From IMG/VR virus record IMGVR_UViG_3300032257_000002, positions 64,001 through 103,505 of that record: a stretch of 39,505 bases of DNA; one strand, 5' to 3'. Positions 26,563 to 35,716 of the stretch are shown piece by piece (within the stretch, counting starts at the first letter, position 1; each line of letters begins with the position of its first letter). Under the pieces are notes generated by a model, which was not told where the DNA came from, did not search any database, and saw only the letters and a list, made by a program, of their open reading frames with translations. The DNA is from a virus (taxonomy: Duplodnaviria; Heunggongvirae; Uroviricota; Caudoviricetes). Made by a program: the position numbers and the translations under genes.

Positions 26563-26838
26563 TTAAATAGAAAGTTCTGGGAATTGAGAATATATTAGAG
26601 TTGCAACAGTTTTAGCTATCTCAGTTGATGGTAACTTGCTGTTACATAACTTGTATATAGTAGGATTTGTAGATCTGCAAGAATAACAAGAAAAACAAGT
26701 ACTGTCGTATGGGCATAAAAAATCATTATCTCTGGTAATGAAGAATACTTCGTTTAAATACTGTTTTCGTGTATTATCGATTGTATCTACAATCTTTATA
26801 GTACATCCATCATCTTTATAGGTACCATAAATAGTCAT
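26563..26838 (-). CDS. Cys-rich hypothetical protein, tag FPELSI
   Basis: Start at ATGA overlap 26838; C..C..C..C..C cluster. Confidence 0.75.
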   Translation of the reverse strand: MTIYGTYKDDGCTIKIVDTIDNTRKQYLNEVFFITRDNDFLCPYDSTCFSCYSCRSTNPTIYKLCNSKLPSTEIAKTVATLIYSQFPELSI

Positions 26839-27065
26839 ATGAATAGTTCCGGGTATTTTCCCTGCCAATGTGATAGAGGTTTAATGTACTTTTGTAATTC
26901 TGATAAGTTCTTTGCATGTAAAGTAACAGTAGATGGGTTACGTGTATTATAGACAAAACCTAGGATAGAGGCTGTTATATCTTCAGAGAATTCAATGTAC
27001 TTAATTTGGATACTGGTAATTTCAAAAACAGTGTCGTGTGATTTAGGATATACATATTGTTTCAT
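26835..27065 (-). CDS. Hypothetical protein, tag YPELFI
   Basis: ATGA-coupled, terminal tag. Confidence 0.8.
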   Translation of the reverse strand: MKQYVYPKSHDTVFEITSIQIKYIEFSEDITASILGFVYNTRNPSTVTLHAKNLSELQKYIKPLSHWQGKYPELFI

Positions 27066-27322
27066 ATAAATAGCTCCGGGTATTTGTAAGGTATGTCTTC
27101 GAAGGACTCTACATCAGCTACTACTAATAACTGGCACTCTTCTTCGTTTGCAATCCAGTCAACATCGTTTGATTCTGTAGCGCGTTTATCGGAGTCGTCA
27201 TAACCTACTTCACACAGCTGTTCGAGAGAGTCAAAATTCGAAGAGAACCACTTATCAGTAATATAGATGTATATACTGTGTACCTGAAGAAGTGTGGTAG
27301 CGCGGTATAATCTAACTGTCAT
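27062..27322 (-). CDS. Hypothetical protein, tag YPELFI
   Basis: ATGA-coupled, terminal tag. Confidence 0.8.
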   Translation of the reverse strand: MTVRLYRATTLLQVHSIYIYITDKWFSSNFDSLEQLCEVGYDDSDKRATESNDVDWIANEEECQLLVVADVESFEDIPYKYPELFI

Positions 27323-27670
27323 ATAAAATACTCCGGAAAGGCATTCACTAGGTTCTCACGTGAGGTGAATGAACCTATGATTGTTGGTGGTACTAGTCGA
27401 TAAGCTTTATTAAACTCTGTAACTCTTTCCCAATTAGTAATAGTCATATCAGTAATATGCTGAATATATAAATCATCGTGTAATAACCCTGCGTACCAAA
27501 TACCGTCGGGGGTATCCTCATTGAGAAGATCTAGGATAGCCTGTTCTGTAGGTGATTCGGTTAGTAGTTTTTTAATAGCATGGTAGTTTAGCGAATTCGG
27601 TGTTAAGTGACGTGTTTCTTCGGTAAGTGTAAGAACTAGGTCACCATTATCCAGAAGAATATGTGTCATG
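27319..27670 (-). CDS. Possible rIIB N-terminal fragment fused to a tagged module, tag FPEYFI
   Basis: GGAG RBS before ATG 27670; directly after rIIA; SLNYHAIKKLL resembles the recalled rIIB N-terminus. Confidence 0.5.
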
Positions 27671-29620
27671 GTAGTGTTTCTCCAATTTAAAATAATGAGA
27701 TAGTGTAGATACAGAATCATTACGTAATGTGTATAATAACGGATACTTTTTCTCAATATTTGTAAAATTGTAAGTGTACGTAGGTTCTTTACATGTGATA
27801 CCGAATAACGAATCTAATGTACTGACTATTCTCGCGTCTAATACTGCTTGTTTATAGTTATGTAGCGGACGTTCCTGTACAGCAGTATTTAAATCATCAG
27901 GTATGTTCGAGACGTTTTGCAATACGCGATGTAGGTTATAACTATTATAATCTCCGTGCACTGAACTATCAGTATAATCTGGTCTAATGTTAAAAGTAAT
28001 AGTATTGCTGGTTAATATTTTTTTCAAGTAGTCTATAGCTAAATGTGCTTTAGGTAGCTGTTCTGCAATACTAATGTACTTTTGCTGAATTCCGTAAATC
28101 TGTGGGATAGAGATACCTAGTGTTTGTGATAGATAATTTCTTAGAGATACTATAGCTTCTCGTTCATCGTAAGTGAGTTCATAAGTTGAGCCTTTTAACG
28201 GACAGTAAAGTATTTCTTCTGTGTTTGTAGCTAGGTCGTAGTCGTACGCAGAGTAAGCTGAGCTACCAAAATTTTTTAGTGGTATAGTACCAACTGTTAG
28301 TCGGGATTGTTTTTCAGGTTTTTCGAAGTCAGATACTTTCTTGTAATCGGTAATACCTAAATACTGTAAGTAGCTTTCGATCTTTGGCGTAGTTATAGTA
28401 AAGTCATCTTTTGTTAACGTATTAGGAGCGATAAAAACTGCAGAAGTACTAGAGTACTGTTTTACGACATGACTATACTGTCTTTGATCAACAATGATAA
28501 AATCAGCTTCTTTGACATCGGAAAATGATGCGCGACGATCAGTGATTTTAAAAGTTTTTTGATAATAGTTAGTTTTTAGTGAGAATACAAAATCAGGATG
28601 AGACCATCTTATATAGTTGTCAATAACTAGTGTACCTTTAGTAATAGACGGATGCGCAAGCTGTGGTCTTAATGCATATGGTACTTTGTCCCATAAAGAA
28701 CTAAATAGCAATAATTGTTTAAAAAGTGTGGGTTCTTTTTTAATAGATAGGTTTGCGCGATTAATTATAATAGTTTCTACGTTTTTTATAAAATCTACAA
28801 GAAATGCTACGGTCGGTTTATCGTAAGTTAGTGATTCTCTACCTGGAGTAATTGAAATTGAACCTAAAGGTACACGAAGCACTAGGTTATCGTAGTTAGA
28901 TCTAATCTGGTATTGGTCTAAAGAATAAACAACATTTCCCATTAGAACTACGTTACTTTGATGGTGAGTAGAATCTAAAAGATAAAAATCTTGATGTTCG
29001 ATAAGTGTGCTAAGTTTTGGTAGTTCCGTATTGATTATAGGTTTATGGTCAAAATACTTATAAAGGTTCTTTGCTTTTTCATGGAAAGTAGGGATGTCTT
29101 CTGCTTGTACAGGAAGTGATAATCGTAAGCCGTTAGGTTCAGAAGTAGGTGTAGTGCCTAGTGACATACTGACTGGTAGATCATCTTTTAAAGATATCAG
29201 GTAAGTGATCTTCATACCGTTGTAGAACGATTCAACAGTGAAGTTTGATGCGTAAGCTAAAGCTGACATACGTCCGATACCGAAAGTACCGTTGTATTCA
29301 TTAGAATCTCGTTTAGTAGAGGCTCCGAATGTGCAGAATAGTCCAGTGATATCTTTTTCTGCTAAGCCTGTTCCATAGTCGCGTACAGAAAACTGTGCGT
29401 TGGAAGTAGTAGGTAAATGAACTTCGAACTTCGGTGTATGGCCGGCTTCTAGACAAGCATCAATGGCGTTTGTCGACCATTCTCGAATACTGGCTAAGAT
29501 AGTATCATTATATACGTTTGTAGTTAACATTTTAAACATGGAAGCGTTTACTTCAATACTAAAATCAGTAGTATTTATATCTGTTGTTGTAATATAGGAA
29601 TTTGTAGTTGATTGTTTCAT
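27647..29620 (-). CDS. rIIA: RIIA-like protein with GHKL/HSP90 ATPase domain
   Basis: VYNDTILASIREWSTNAIDA, VRDYGTGL, STKRDSN, GTFGIG, ISITPGRESLTY. Confidence 0.85.
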   Translation of the reverse strand: MKQSTTNSYITTTDINTTDFSIEVNASMFKMLTTNVYNDTILASIREWSTNAIDACLEAGHTPKFEVHLPTTSNAQFSVRDYGTGLAEKDITGLFCTFGASTKRDSNEYNGTFGIGRMSALAYASNFTVESFYNGMKITYLISLKDDLPVSMSLGTTPTSEPNGLRLSLPVQAEDIPTFHEKAKNLYKYFDHKPIINTELPKLSTLIEHQDFYLLDSTHHQSNVVLMGNVVYSLDQYQIRSNYDNLVLRVPLGSISITPGRESLTYDKPTVAFLVDFIKNVETIIINRANLSIKKEPTLFKQLLLFSSLWDKVPYALRPQLAHPSITKGTLVIDNYIRWSHPDFVFSLKTNYYQKTFKITDRRASFSDVKEADFIIVDQRQYSHVVKQYSSTSAVFIAPNTLTKDDFTITTPKIESYLQYLGITDYKKVSDFEKPEKQSRLTVGTIPLKNFGSSAYSAYDYDLATNTEEILYCPLKGSTYELTYDEREAIVSLRNYLSQTLGISIPQIYGIQQKYISIAEQLPKAHLAIDYLKKILTSNTITFNIRPDYTDSSVHGDYNSYNLHRVLQNVSNIPDDLNTAVQERPLHNYKQAVLDARIVSTLDSLFGITCKEPTYTYNFTNIEKKYPLLYTLRNDSVSTLSHYFKLEKHYHDTYSSG

Positions 29621-30336
29621 TCATGATCCTTTAAAGTTTTTAAAATTATTTCTTTATTTTTAATAGCATAACATTCTTGTTTTCCATGAAATTGTAGTTT
29701 TGGTAAATATTTATATTGATGATAGCTATTATGAAACGTTTGCTCTAATTCACATATATATCTTGGTGACCCTTCAATTATTTGAAGAACTTTCCATTGA
29801 TACGCCATATTGTATTTTCCATTGAAACGACGTTCTAACGTGTTAAATGTTTTACCTATTTTAAGAAAACGTTCTTCTTCATTCCAGCACTCAATTATAT
29901 AGACTTTGTAACCGTTTTTCTCTTTTCCTTGTTCAATCCAATCGGAGTAACGCCATCCTCCATGTGTTTTACAGTGTGGGCATCCAGCTCCTCTTTTATG
30001 ATCTGCTGGTCTTTGTTCAAAATATGACTCGCAGTTATTACAAAAAATTGTTACTTTTGCCTGGTTTGTTTGATATACAGTATTACTGTAATCATATTTA
30101 TCACCATGACAAATTTGAGCTTTAGAGATAAACTCGTTTGCTGCTTTAAGTTTATTTTGTTCTGCTACTTGTTTTGCAGAGCATGATGAACATGCAGCAT
30201 TTGGATTTTGTTTATGCTGTTCTGATCTAATTTCTTTTTCTATACCGCAACTATTACATTTACATAGGTAGTAACGTCTTGTTCGTTTAGAATTGCTATT
30301 AATTAAGCGTGTTCCTAAGTCTTTAATAAAAATCAT
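29617..30336 (-). CDS. Free-standing putative homing endonuclease, same CxxC / T5orf172-like family
   Basis: HGDKYDYS...C..C...F.Q...H..G.GCP.C; VYIIE..LKIGKT..R..ECY; likely start ATG 30336. Confidence 0.78.
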   Translation of the reverse strand: MIFIKDLGTRLINSNSKRTRRYYLCKCNSCGIEKEIRSEQHKQNPNAACSSCSAKQVAEQNKLKAANEFISKAQICHGDKYDYSNTVYQTNQAKVTIFCNNCESYFEQRPADHKRGAGCPHCKTHGGWRYSDWIEQGKEKNGYKVYIIECWNEEERFLKIGKTFNTLERRFNGKYNMAYQWKVLQIIEGSPRYICELEQTFHNSYHQYKYLPKLQFHGKQECYAIKNKEIILKTLKDHE

Positions 30337-30363
30337 AAGCACCTTTTTGAGTTAATTAGTTTT

Positions 30364-30386
30364 ATTATGACGACCATTTGCTTAAA
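30364..30386 (-). promoter_or_regulatory. TTTAAG-N11-CATAAT promoter
   Basis: 28 nt upstream of ATG 30336. Confidence 0.62.
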
Positions 30387-30401
30387 GGTGCATGAAATAT
30401 C

Positions 30402-30659
30402 CTATATAAACAATTCTGGGTGTGATTGTTTTGTAGGTAGCTCGTTGAATGCACCTGCAATTAAGTAATGTCTACCTGCAGCCCATTTTGACATAGTATC
30501 TAAAGAAATAGTACGAGGAAAGTTCCAGCTACCTATATAATCAAAAGGAAGTGATAAACATTCAGTAATGGCATCACTCCAATCTATAGAAGATTGATGA
30601 GATTCAGGGCACATTAGTATAAACTCATTATCCCATTGATCTTGTATTAAGTAATACAT
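30402..30659 (-). CDS. MYYLI-family protein, tag HPELFI
   Basis: Paralog of 31253..31510. Confidence 0.82.
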   Translation of the reverse strand: MYYLIQDQWDNEFILMCPESHQSSIDWSDAITECLSLPFDYIGSWNFPRTISLDTMSKWAAGRHYLIAGAFNELPTKQSHPELFI

Positions 30660-30667
30660 GAAATATC

Positions 30668-30970
30668 CTAAATTAGTAGTTCTGGGAATTTTGTTAAGAA
30701 GTCAGATGGATGTTCGGCTTTAGCGAGATGAATTGTTTGTATGTATAGATCGCTGTTGCTTCTTAATGCTTTACAATATTCTTCAATCGTAGAGAAATCA
30801 TGCATAACAATGGTTCCATCGTCATCATCAGGTGCTTCGCAACCTTCAATAGCAGTATGGACGATTTCTTGTAGTGATCCCCATTGACCATTTCCATGCC
30901 AGCAGTTTTTGATGTCGTCAATAATTGCAAATGAATCCCGAGCTTCTTGGTCAGTGATAAGATGGTACAT
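30668..30970 (-). CDS. MYHLI-family protein, tag FPELLI
   Basis: AAGGA RBS, terminal tag. Confidence 0.8.
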   Translation of the reverse strand: MYHLITDQEARDSFAIIDDIKNCWHGNGQWGSLQEIVHTAIEGCEAPDDDDGTIVMHDFSTIEEYCKALRSNSDLYIQTIHLAKAEHPSDFLTKFPELLI

Positions 30971-30979
30971 AAAATTCCT

Positions 30980-31243
30980 TTAAATAAATAATTCTGGATA
31001 AGATGTTTTAAACCAAGCTAAATCACGATCTTGGAATTCAGAGATAAGTGGAGTAATAAGTTGTCTAAAGTTTAATTCGTATACTTCACGAGTACGACTT
31101 TCAGATAAAGTTTCACAGGCTCTACTTGCTGGGCAATTATCACATACTCCGGTAGTCGAACATTCTGCGTAATCAGCTAAATCTGTAACATGTCCTTGTT
31201 CCACTGCTTGTAAAAAATTGATGTACATAGTTATAGGGTGCAT
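30980..31243 (-). CDS. Four-Cys hypothetical protein, tag YPELFI
   Basis: CSTTGVCDNCPASRAC. Confidence 0.8.
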   Translation of the reverse strand: MHPITMYINFLQAVEQGHVTDLADYAECSTTGVCDNCPASRACETLSESRTREVYELNFRQLITPLISEFQDRDLAWFKTSYPELFI

Positions 31244-31252
31244 AGGTGTCCT

Positions 31253-31510
31253 TTAAATAAATAATTCTGGGTGAGACTGTTTTGTAGGTAACTCGTCGTA
31301 AGTACTAATAAGTTTCCAGTCATATCCTTCGGCCCATTCACGCATTCCTGATTCAGATTGATCATCAGGGTAAGTCCATTCGTGAGCACCATCTGTCACT
31401 AAGTTAAAACATTTTGAAATACTGTTATACCAGTCATACGATGACCTGTTATTTTTAGGGTTTACAATAATATAATCAAAATTAATAGGGTCGTAAATGA
31501 GATAATACAT
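31253..31510 (-). CDS. MYYLI-family protein, tag HPELFI
   Basis: Paralog of 30402..30659. Confidence 0.82.
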   Translation of the reverse strand: MYYLIYDPINFDYIIVNPKNNRSSYDWYNSISKCFNLVTDGAHEWTYPDDQSESGMREWAEGYDWKLISTYDELPTKQSHPELFI

Positions 31511-31518
31511 AGAAATAC

Positions 31519-33771
31519 TTAAAATAAACGAGCTATCTGATTTTGCATTGCTTCTGAGCGAACTTCTTCGAATGGTACATCCCAGTATTCTTGAATATCT
31601 GCGTAGAGTGATTTAGCGTCTTCCAAAGAACCGCCGAGCTCACGAAGATGGTACATAGCTCGTATAACATTACGAGATGCAGAACCCCATGGGGCTTCAA
31701 ATGCGTAGTTGAACGTAGTGAGTGGATCTTTCAATTGTGCTGATTTTTGAGCAGAGGTAAATGTCTGATCTTTGTGCTTTTTATCGGCTTCCAGTTCTTT
31801 GGCACGAATGAGATAAGGACGAGCTTCCAATGGAGAAGCATCTAGGTTGGAAATAACTGGACGATCGGCATAGCTAAAGAATATTTGAGATTGAGGTAGT
31901 GGATCTACTCTGAGCGCCAAGTCTTCTGCTATACCTAGATAGAAGTGCTTCCAAGCAATCGGTGAAAGTTCGACGGTAGAGTCTAGCTCGATGAGTACTC
32001 GGAACTTGTACTCGTTGTCAGGATCACTAGATAAGGCGATATGATGGTTTATGTCGGATAGCATGAAGTGAGCTTCAGATGCTGTAATAGGTGAATCATC
32101 TATGTCTAAGACTACCCACTTGGTTCCACCAAGAATGTTTTCTTTACCGCGAACTCCGTTACGGAATTTAAACGGTGAATAAGCATAGTCACCTTCTAAT
32201 AGGTTTGAGAGATCGTTGAAAGTAGTATCGTTGACATCAAAGCCATATGCGGTAGTGACAGAGATATCATGTTTAGCAGTTCTTACAGCTTCAGAATCAC
32301 CATTAGTGATAGCAATGTTAAGTCGTGTACAATCAATGGGTTTAAATGATATGCCCACAACTTCAGTTTTAATAATCGGTTCATATTGTAATGCACCTCC
32401 TTCGTTGATTATTGAGTAAATACCAGAGGTATCGTAGCCGGAAGCTAGGTGAACTAGTTCTTGCAGCTTTCCATGGGATACTGAGGTTACGTAGTTGTTT
32501 TTCTTTAGGTCATATACAGATATAACTGCTTTGCCGTTTTCTTGTACTTGAGTTTTCATAAAATCTGCAAAATGTTCATAAGGCGATTTACTAATTTCGG
32601 TTTCGAAGTTGTGTATATCATCAGATAGCATCTCAATAAATTGCATAGCTTGTTCGTAGTGATGTTTCTGTATACTAGAAGCTTTCTCTATGAAGGCAAA
32701 TGTAGAAGATAGTTTTAAAGCACGCCACTGATTGTGTAAACGTACAAGAGAACTTAGAGAATCGGGATTGGTTGACTGAGCTACGTAATCTTTATTATAT
32801 CTTCGGTAAAGTTTGAATAATTGATCTACTTCAGTACTAACTGGTAAAGGTGTGTTAGCGTGAGTAATCCCATATTTAGCAACATCAATAAAGTAGTCTT
32901 CTATTAATTCTCTTGCTTTTGCGGCTTTATCATCTTGGACTTCTTCATATTCTAGTAGTAATAGGGGATCGTTGCTGAAATCAGGTTCAGGTAAAACTTC
33001 GTTGTTGAAGTATATTATAGATCTACGAGCTAGTTTAGAAGCTAGTGCATTTATAAATTTATGCCTAACTGCTTCATTGTACATAAGAATATTATAGCTA
33101 CCCATTAAAAGAGCGTTAGTAGGTACACCTGTTAGCTTTTTAGATCGGAATTCAGAACCTTTTGTGTTTTTAGCTGGTATATCCCCTAGATCATAAGAGA
33201 TTGCTAATGCTTTAATCAACTCGTCTGTGTCCTTGTTGCTGGAGAATTCATCACTCATTTCTGAGGTTACGACTAAAGGGGCTCCTAGAGGCGCTGTCAT
33301 GATTTCTTCTGCCAAGGCTACAAAACCTGGAGCAGTAGTAAATGCTGTCTCATAAGTAGGACAGTATTTGCGGTAGTTGTTATACACTTCAGGTACACTA
33401 GGTAATTCCTCACCAGCTTTCTGTGCTTCTTCTATAGCTTTTTGAACCAAGGTATCTTCTACATGGGCATCGATAATTTTGTAAGCTTTAGCAAATGCTT
33501 TAGAAGCCATCTTGTAAGAGGAGTCTTTACCTACTCCTGAACCGGCGGCAATCACCGTGATAGCGTTAGTAGGGCAGATGGTGCCGTCTTTGAGTTCTGC
33601 AGATCGTCTGAACTGTGAGGCAAAAGTGGTTAATACGCTTACTGCAATTGTGTATTTCATACGGTCAGGCACGTTAATTACAATAGTGTCTGAAATTTGT
33701 TTAATTAGGTCGTTAGCCTTTGGGTTAAGAGCTTGGCCTAAAGTTTGCGTTAGCGAATTTAGCATTGACAT
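31519..33771 (-). CDS. N4 gp43-like primase: N-terminal P-loop domain plus C-terminal AEP primase domain
   Basis: AGSGVGKDS Walker A; WVVLDIDD and HIALSS...KFRV AEP-type motifs; start inside the endonuclease 3-prime end with an AAGGA RBS. Confidence 0.75.
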   Translation of the reverse strand: MSMLNSLTQTLGQALNPKANDLIKQISDTIVINVPDRMKYTIAVSVLTTFASQFRRSAELKDGTICPTNAITVIAAGSGVGKDSSYKMASKAFAKAYKIIDAHVEDTLVQKAIEEAQKAGEELPSVPEVYNNYRKYCPTYETAFTTAPGFVALAEEIMTAPLGAPLVVTSEMSDEFSSNKDTDELIKALAISYDLGDIPAKNTKGSEFRSKKLTGVPTNALLMGSYNILMYNEAVRHKFINALASKLARRSIIYFNNEVLPEPDFSNDPLLLLEYEEVQDDKAAKARELIEDYFIDVAKYGITHANTPLPVSTEVDQLFKLYRRYNKDYVAQSTNPDSLSSLVRLHNQWRALKLSSTFAFIEKASSIQKHHYEQAMQFIEMLSDDIHNFETEISKSPYEHFADFMKTQVQENGKAVISVYDLKKNNYVTSVSHGKLQELVHLASGYDTSGIYSIINEGGALQYEPIIKTEVVGISFKPIDCTRLNIAITNGDSEAVRTAKHDISVTTAYGFDVNDTTFNDLSNLLEGDYAYSPFKFRNGVRGKENILGGTKWVVLDIDDSPITASEAHFMLSDINHHIALSSDPDNEYKFRVLIELDSTVELSPIAWKHFYLGIAEDLALRVDPLPQSQIFFSYADRPVISNLDASPLEARPYLIRAKELEADKKHKDQTFTSAQKSAQLKDPLTTFNYAFEAPWGSASRNVIRAMYHLRELGGSLEDAKSLYADIQEYWDVPFEEVRSEAMQNQIARLF

Positions 33772-34669
33772 TAAAGTCCTTTATAATTAAATTTAAAATG
33801 TTTCTAGAAAATAGTTCAGTATTGCCGGACGAAAGTAACGGATCTCCTGTATACTTATAGTTGCTATATTTTTTAAGTATACTTTGCTCCATTTGATAAG
33901 CTGTAGAAGCTGCCGGAAAATCCCATAAATATAGTATGTTAATACTAGTAAGTTCTTTTACTAAGAATCTTTCGTTCACAGTTCGGTTAGTAATACCTAT
34001 TTTGTATGCTTCTCCGTTATTAATAGATAAATAATACAATATAGCCGGTTTAGTTAAATTAAAGCCGTGTAAAGCACAATGCGGACAGCCACGGGTTCTT
34101 AGTAAATTATCAGGAGTAGTCTTGAAAGTACCTCCACATTTATGGCGTACTTCAATCTTAGTTCTTGCAGTAACGTAGTTTCCTACTACAGTATAGTCAG
34201 TACCCAATTTTTTAGAAAAGTTTTTAGCTGCTTGTACTTGTTTATCTTTATTTGTCTGTATTAGTTTTTGCACTGAACACACTTTGCAAGTTTTAGCTTT
34301 TAGATGGTTAATAGGTATTACAAGGGATACAGTTGCACAGCTGTTATGTTTTATTACTACTGGTGTTAAAGCATTTTTATAAACTACTTTAGCGTAGTCA
34401 AAAGCATCACCATGTATAGCTTTAGCCTCAGTAACAAATTCTTCCGTAGTTTTAGTTCTACTATCAGGCGTATCTTTGGAACAATGGGGGCATCCCTGTT
34501 TTCCAGATAAGTGATTATTAGGTTTCATAGCAAAAACACCGTGCTGTCTGCAAGTAATTTTTACTTTTGTATGACTAGTTGTATACACGGTATTTTCGTA
34601 AGTGTACATGTTATTATGTACTGCATTGGCTTTAGTTTTGAATTCTTCAGTAGTTAATCGTATAGGCAT
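33725..34669 (-). CDS. Free-standing putative homing endonuclease, paralog of 11589..12317
   Basis: Three CxxC repeats; LYYLSINNGEAYKIGITNRT..ERF..LLSSGNTELF nearly matches the 11589 ORF. Confidence 0.8.
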   Translation of the reverse strand: MPIRLTTEEFKTKANAVHNNMYTYENTVYTTSHTKVKITCRQHGVFAMKPNNHLSGKQGCPHCSKDTPDSRTKTTEEFVTEAKAIHGDAFDYAKVVYKNALTPVVIKHNSCATVSLVIPINHLKAKTCKVCSVQKLIQTNKDKQVQAAKNFSKKLGTDYTVVGNYVTARTKIEVRHKCGGTFKTTPDNLLRTRGCPHCALHGFNLTKPAILYYLSINNGEAYKIGITNRTVNERFLVKELTSINILYLWDFPAASTAYQMEQSILKKYSNYKYTGDPLLSSGNTELFSRNILNLIIKDFNVNAKFANANFRPSS

Positions 34670-34695
34670 ATAAGCTCTTCTTGTTTATTTCCTAT

Positions 34696-34718
34696 ACTAT
34701 AGCATATAAAGACTTAAA
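34696..34718 (-). promoter_or_regulatory. TTTAAG-N11-TATAGT promoter
   Basis: 27 nt upstream of ATG 34669; its TAA is also the stop of the stranded fragment. Confidence 0.65.
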
Positions 34719-34821
34719 GTACACTGATTGCTGTAACAATCTGTTTTACATGACCGTTAAGTGATGGGGTCAAAGCATTGTGTGTATCTAGTTCTTTTTT
34801 ACAGATTTCTAGCATTGTCAT
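34714..34821 (-). pseudogene. Stranded original N-terminus of the primase (MTMLEICKKELDTHNALTPSLNGHVKQIVTAISVL*)
   Basis: 12 identities to primase residues 1-32 with one 2-aa gap; AGGA RBS at the normal operon position. Confidence 0.78.
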
Positions 34822-34830
34822 TTTGTGTCC

Positions 34831-35097
34831 TTAGATAAAGTATTCTGGATATTTAAGTTTAAGCTCTTCGAAGTTTGAGATATTAAGTGGAGTACAGGTA
34901 GTAATAGTATCACCACCATCTGTTTTCATCTTATCAGGAAGAAAAGTAGTGTTATTGGCCATATTTTTAGTTAGTTGGTATAGAGCTGTTTCTGCGGTCT
35001 CGCACCATGGTCCGGCATTAAAACCTTTAAGTATTTTAAAATCAGAATTAGCTACTGCGTAGTGGAATTCCATCTCACGTTTTAACAAGTAGTACAT
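34831..35097 (-). CDS. MYYLL-family protein, tag YPEYFI
   Basis: AAGGA RBS, terminal tag. Confidence 0.8.
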   Translation of the reverse strand: MYYLLKREMEFHYAVANSDFKILKGFNAGPWCETAETALYQLTKNMANNTTFLPDKMKTDGGDTITTCTPLNISNFEELKLKYPEYFI

Positions 35098-35105
35098 TAC
35101 AGTCC

Positions 35106-35483
35106 TTATATAAATAGTTCAGGATTGTTCTTTTTAAAATCAGAAGTATTGAAGTGAGCGTCGTGCAGTACTCCATCTGTATCGATATATTGGAATGAAA
35201 TCACTTCGATGTCATGTAGTCCGTATCCTGAGCTAGGGATATAATCCCATAAACATTCTGTAATATCATCAGATAAATTTACAGAGTTACGATCGGATAG
35301 CTCACCCCAGCCTTTGATGTCTCCATTAAATAAGTAGTAAAAAGCGAGTACGTTGTCTTCTAGTTCGGCTAAGGTGACAGTAGAAGATTGTTCAGTATAG
35401 TCGCCGTCATTAGTATCACCTTCGACAGTTAATAGATAGACATCTTTTTCAGTAATAGGTGTGTGAGTAACAAATTTTGACAT
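35106..35483 (-). CDS. Conserved phage protein (GDTNDGDY motif), tag NPELFI
   Basis: AAGGA RBS, terminal tag. Confidence 0.8.
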   Translation of the reverse strand: MSKFVTHTPITEKDVYLLTVEGDTNDGDYTEQSSTVTLAELEDNVLAFYYLFNGDIKGWGELSDRNSVNLSDDITECLWDYIPSSGYGLHDIEVISFQYIDTDGVLHDAHFNTSDFKKNNPELFI

Positions 35484-35492
35484 GTAATTCCT

Positions 35493-35708
35493 TTAAATTG
35501 TATATTCTGGATGTATTTTAGCGATTTTATCATATATGTGCTGTGCTTCTTCTTTAGTATTAAAATATGTTAATTCGTTTAGCTGTTCAAAACCTATATC
35601 GTCCATAGCAGTATCCCAATTGATAATTTCGCCAGTTGTTAAAATGTACATATCGTCAGTAATAGCAATAAAATACTTATCAAATGTGGATAACTTAATA
35701 ATTCTCAT
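35493..35708 (-). CDS. Hypothetical protein, tag HPEYTI
   Basis: RBS, terminal tag. Confidence 0.78.
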   Translation of the reverse strand: MRIIKLSTFDKYFIAITDDMYILTTGEIINWDTAMDDIGFEQLNELTYFNTKEEAQHIYDKIAKIHPEYTI

Positions 35709-35716
35709 AATAGCCC

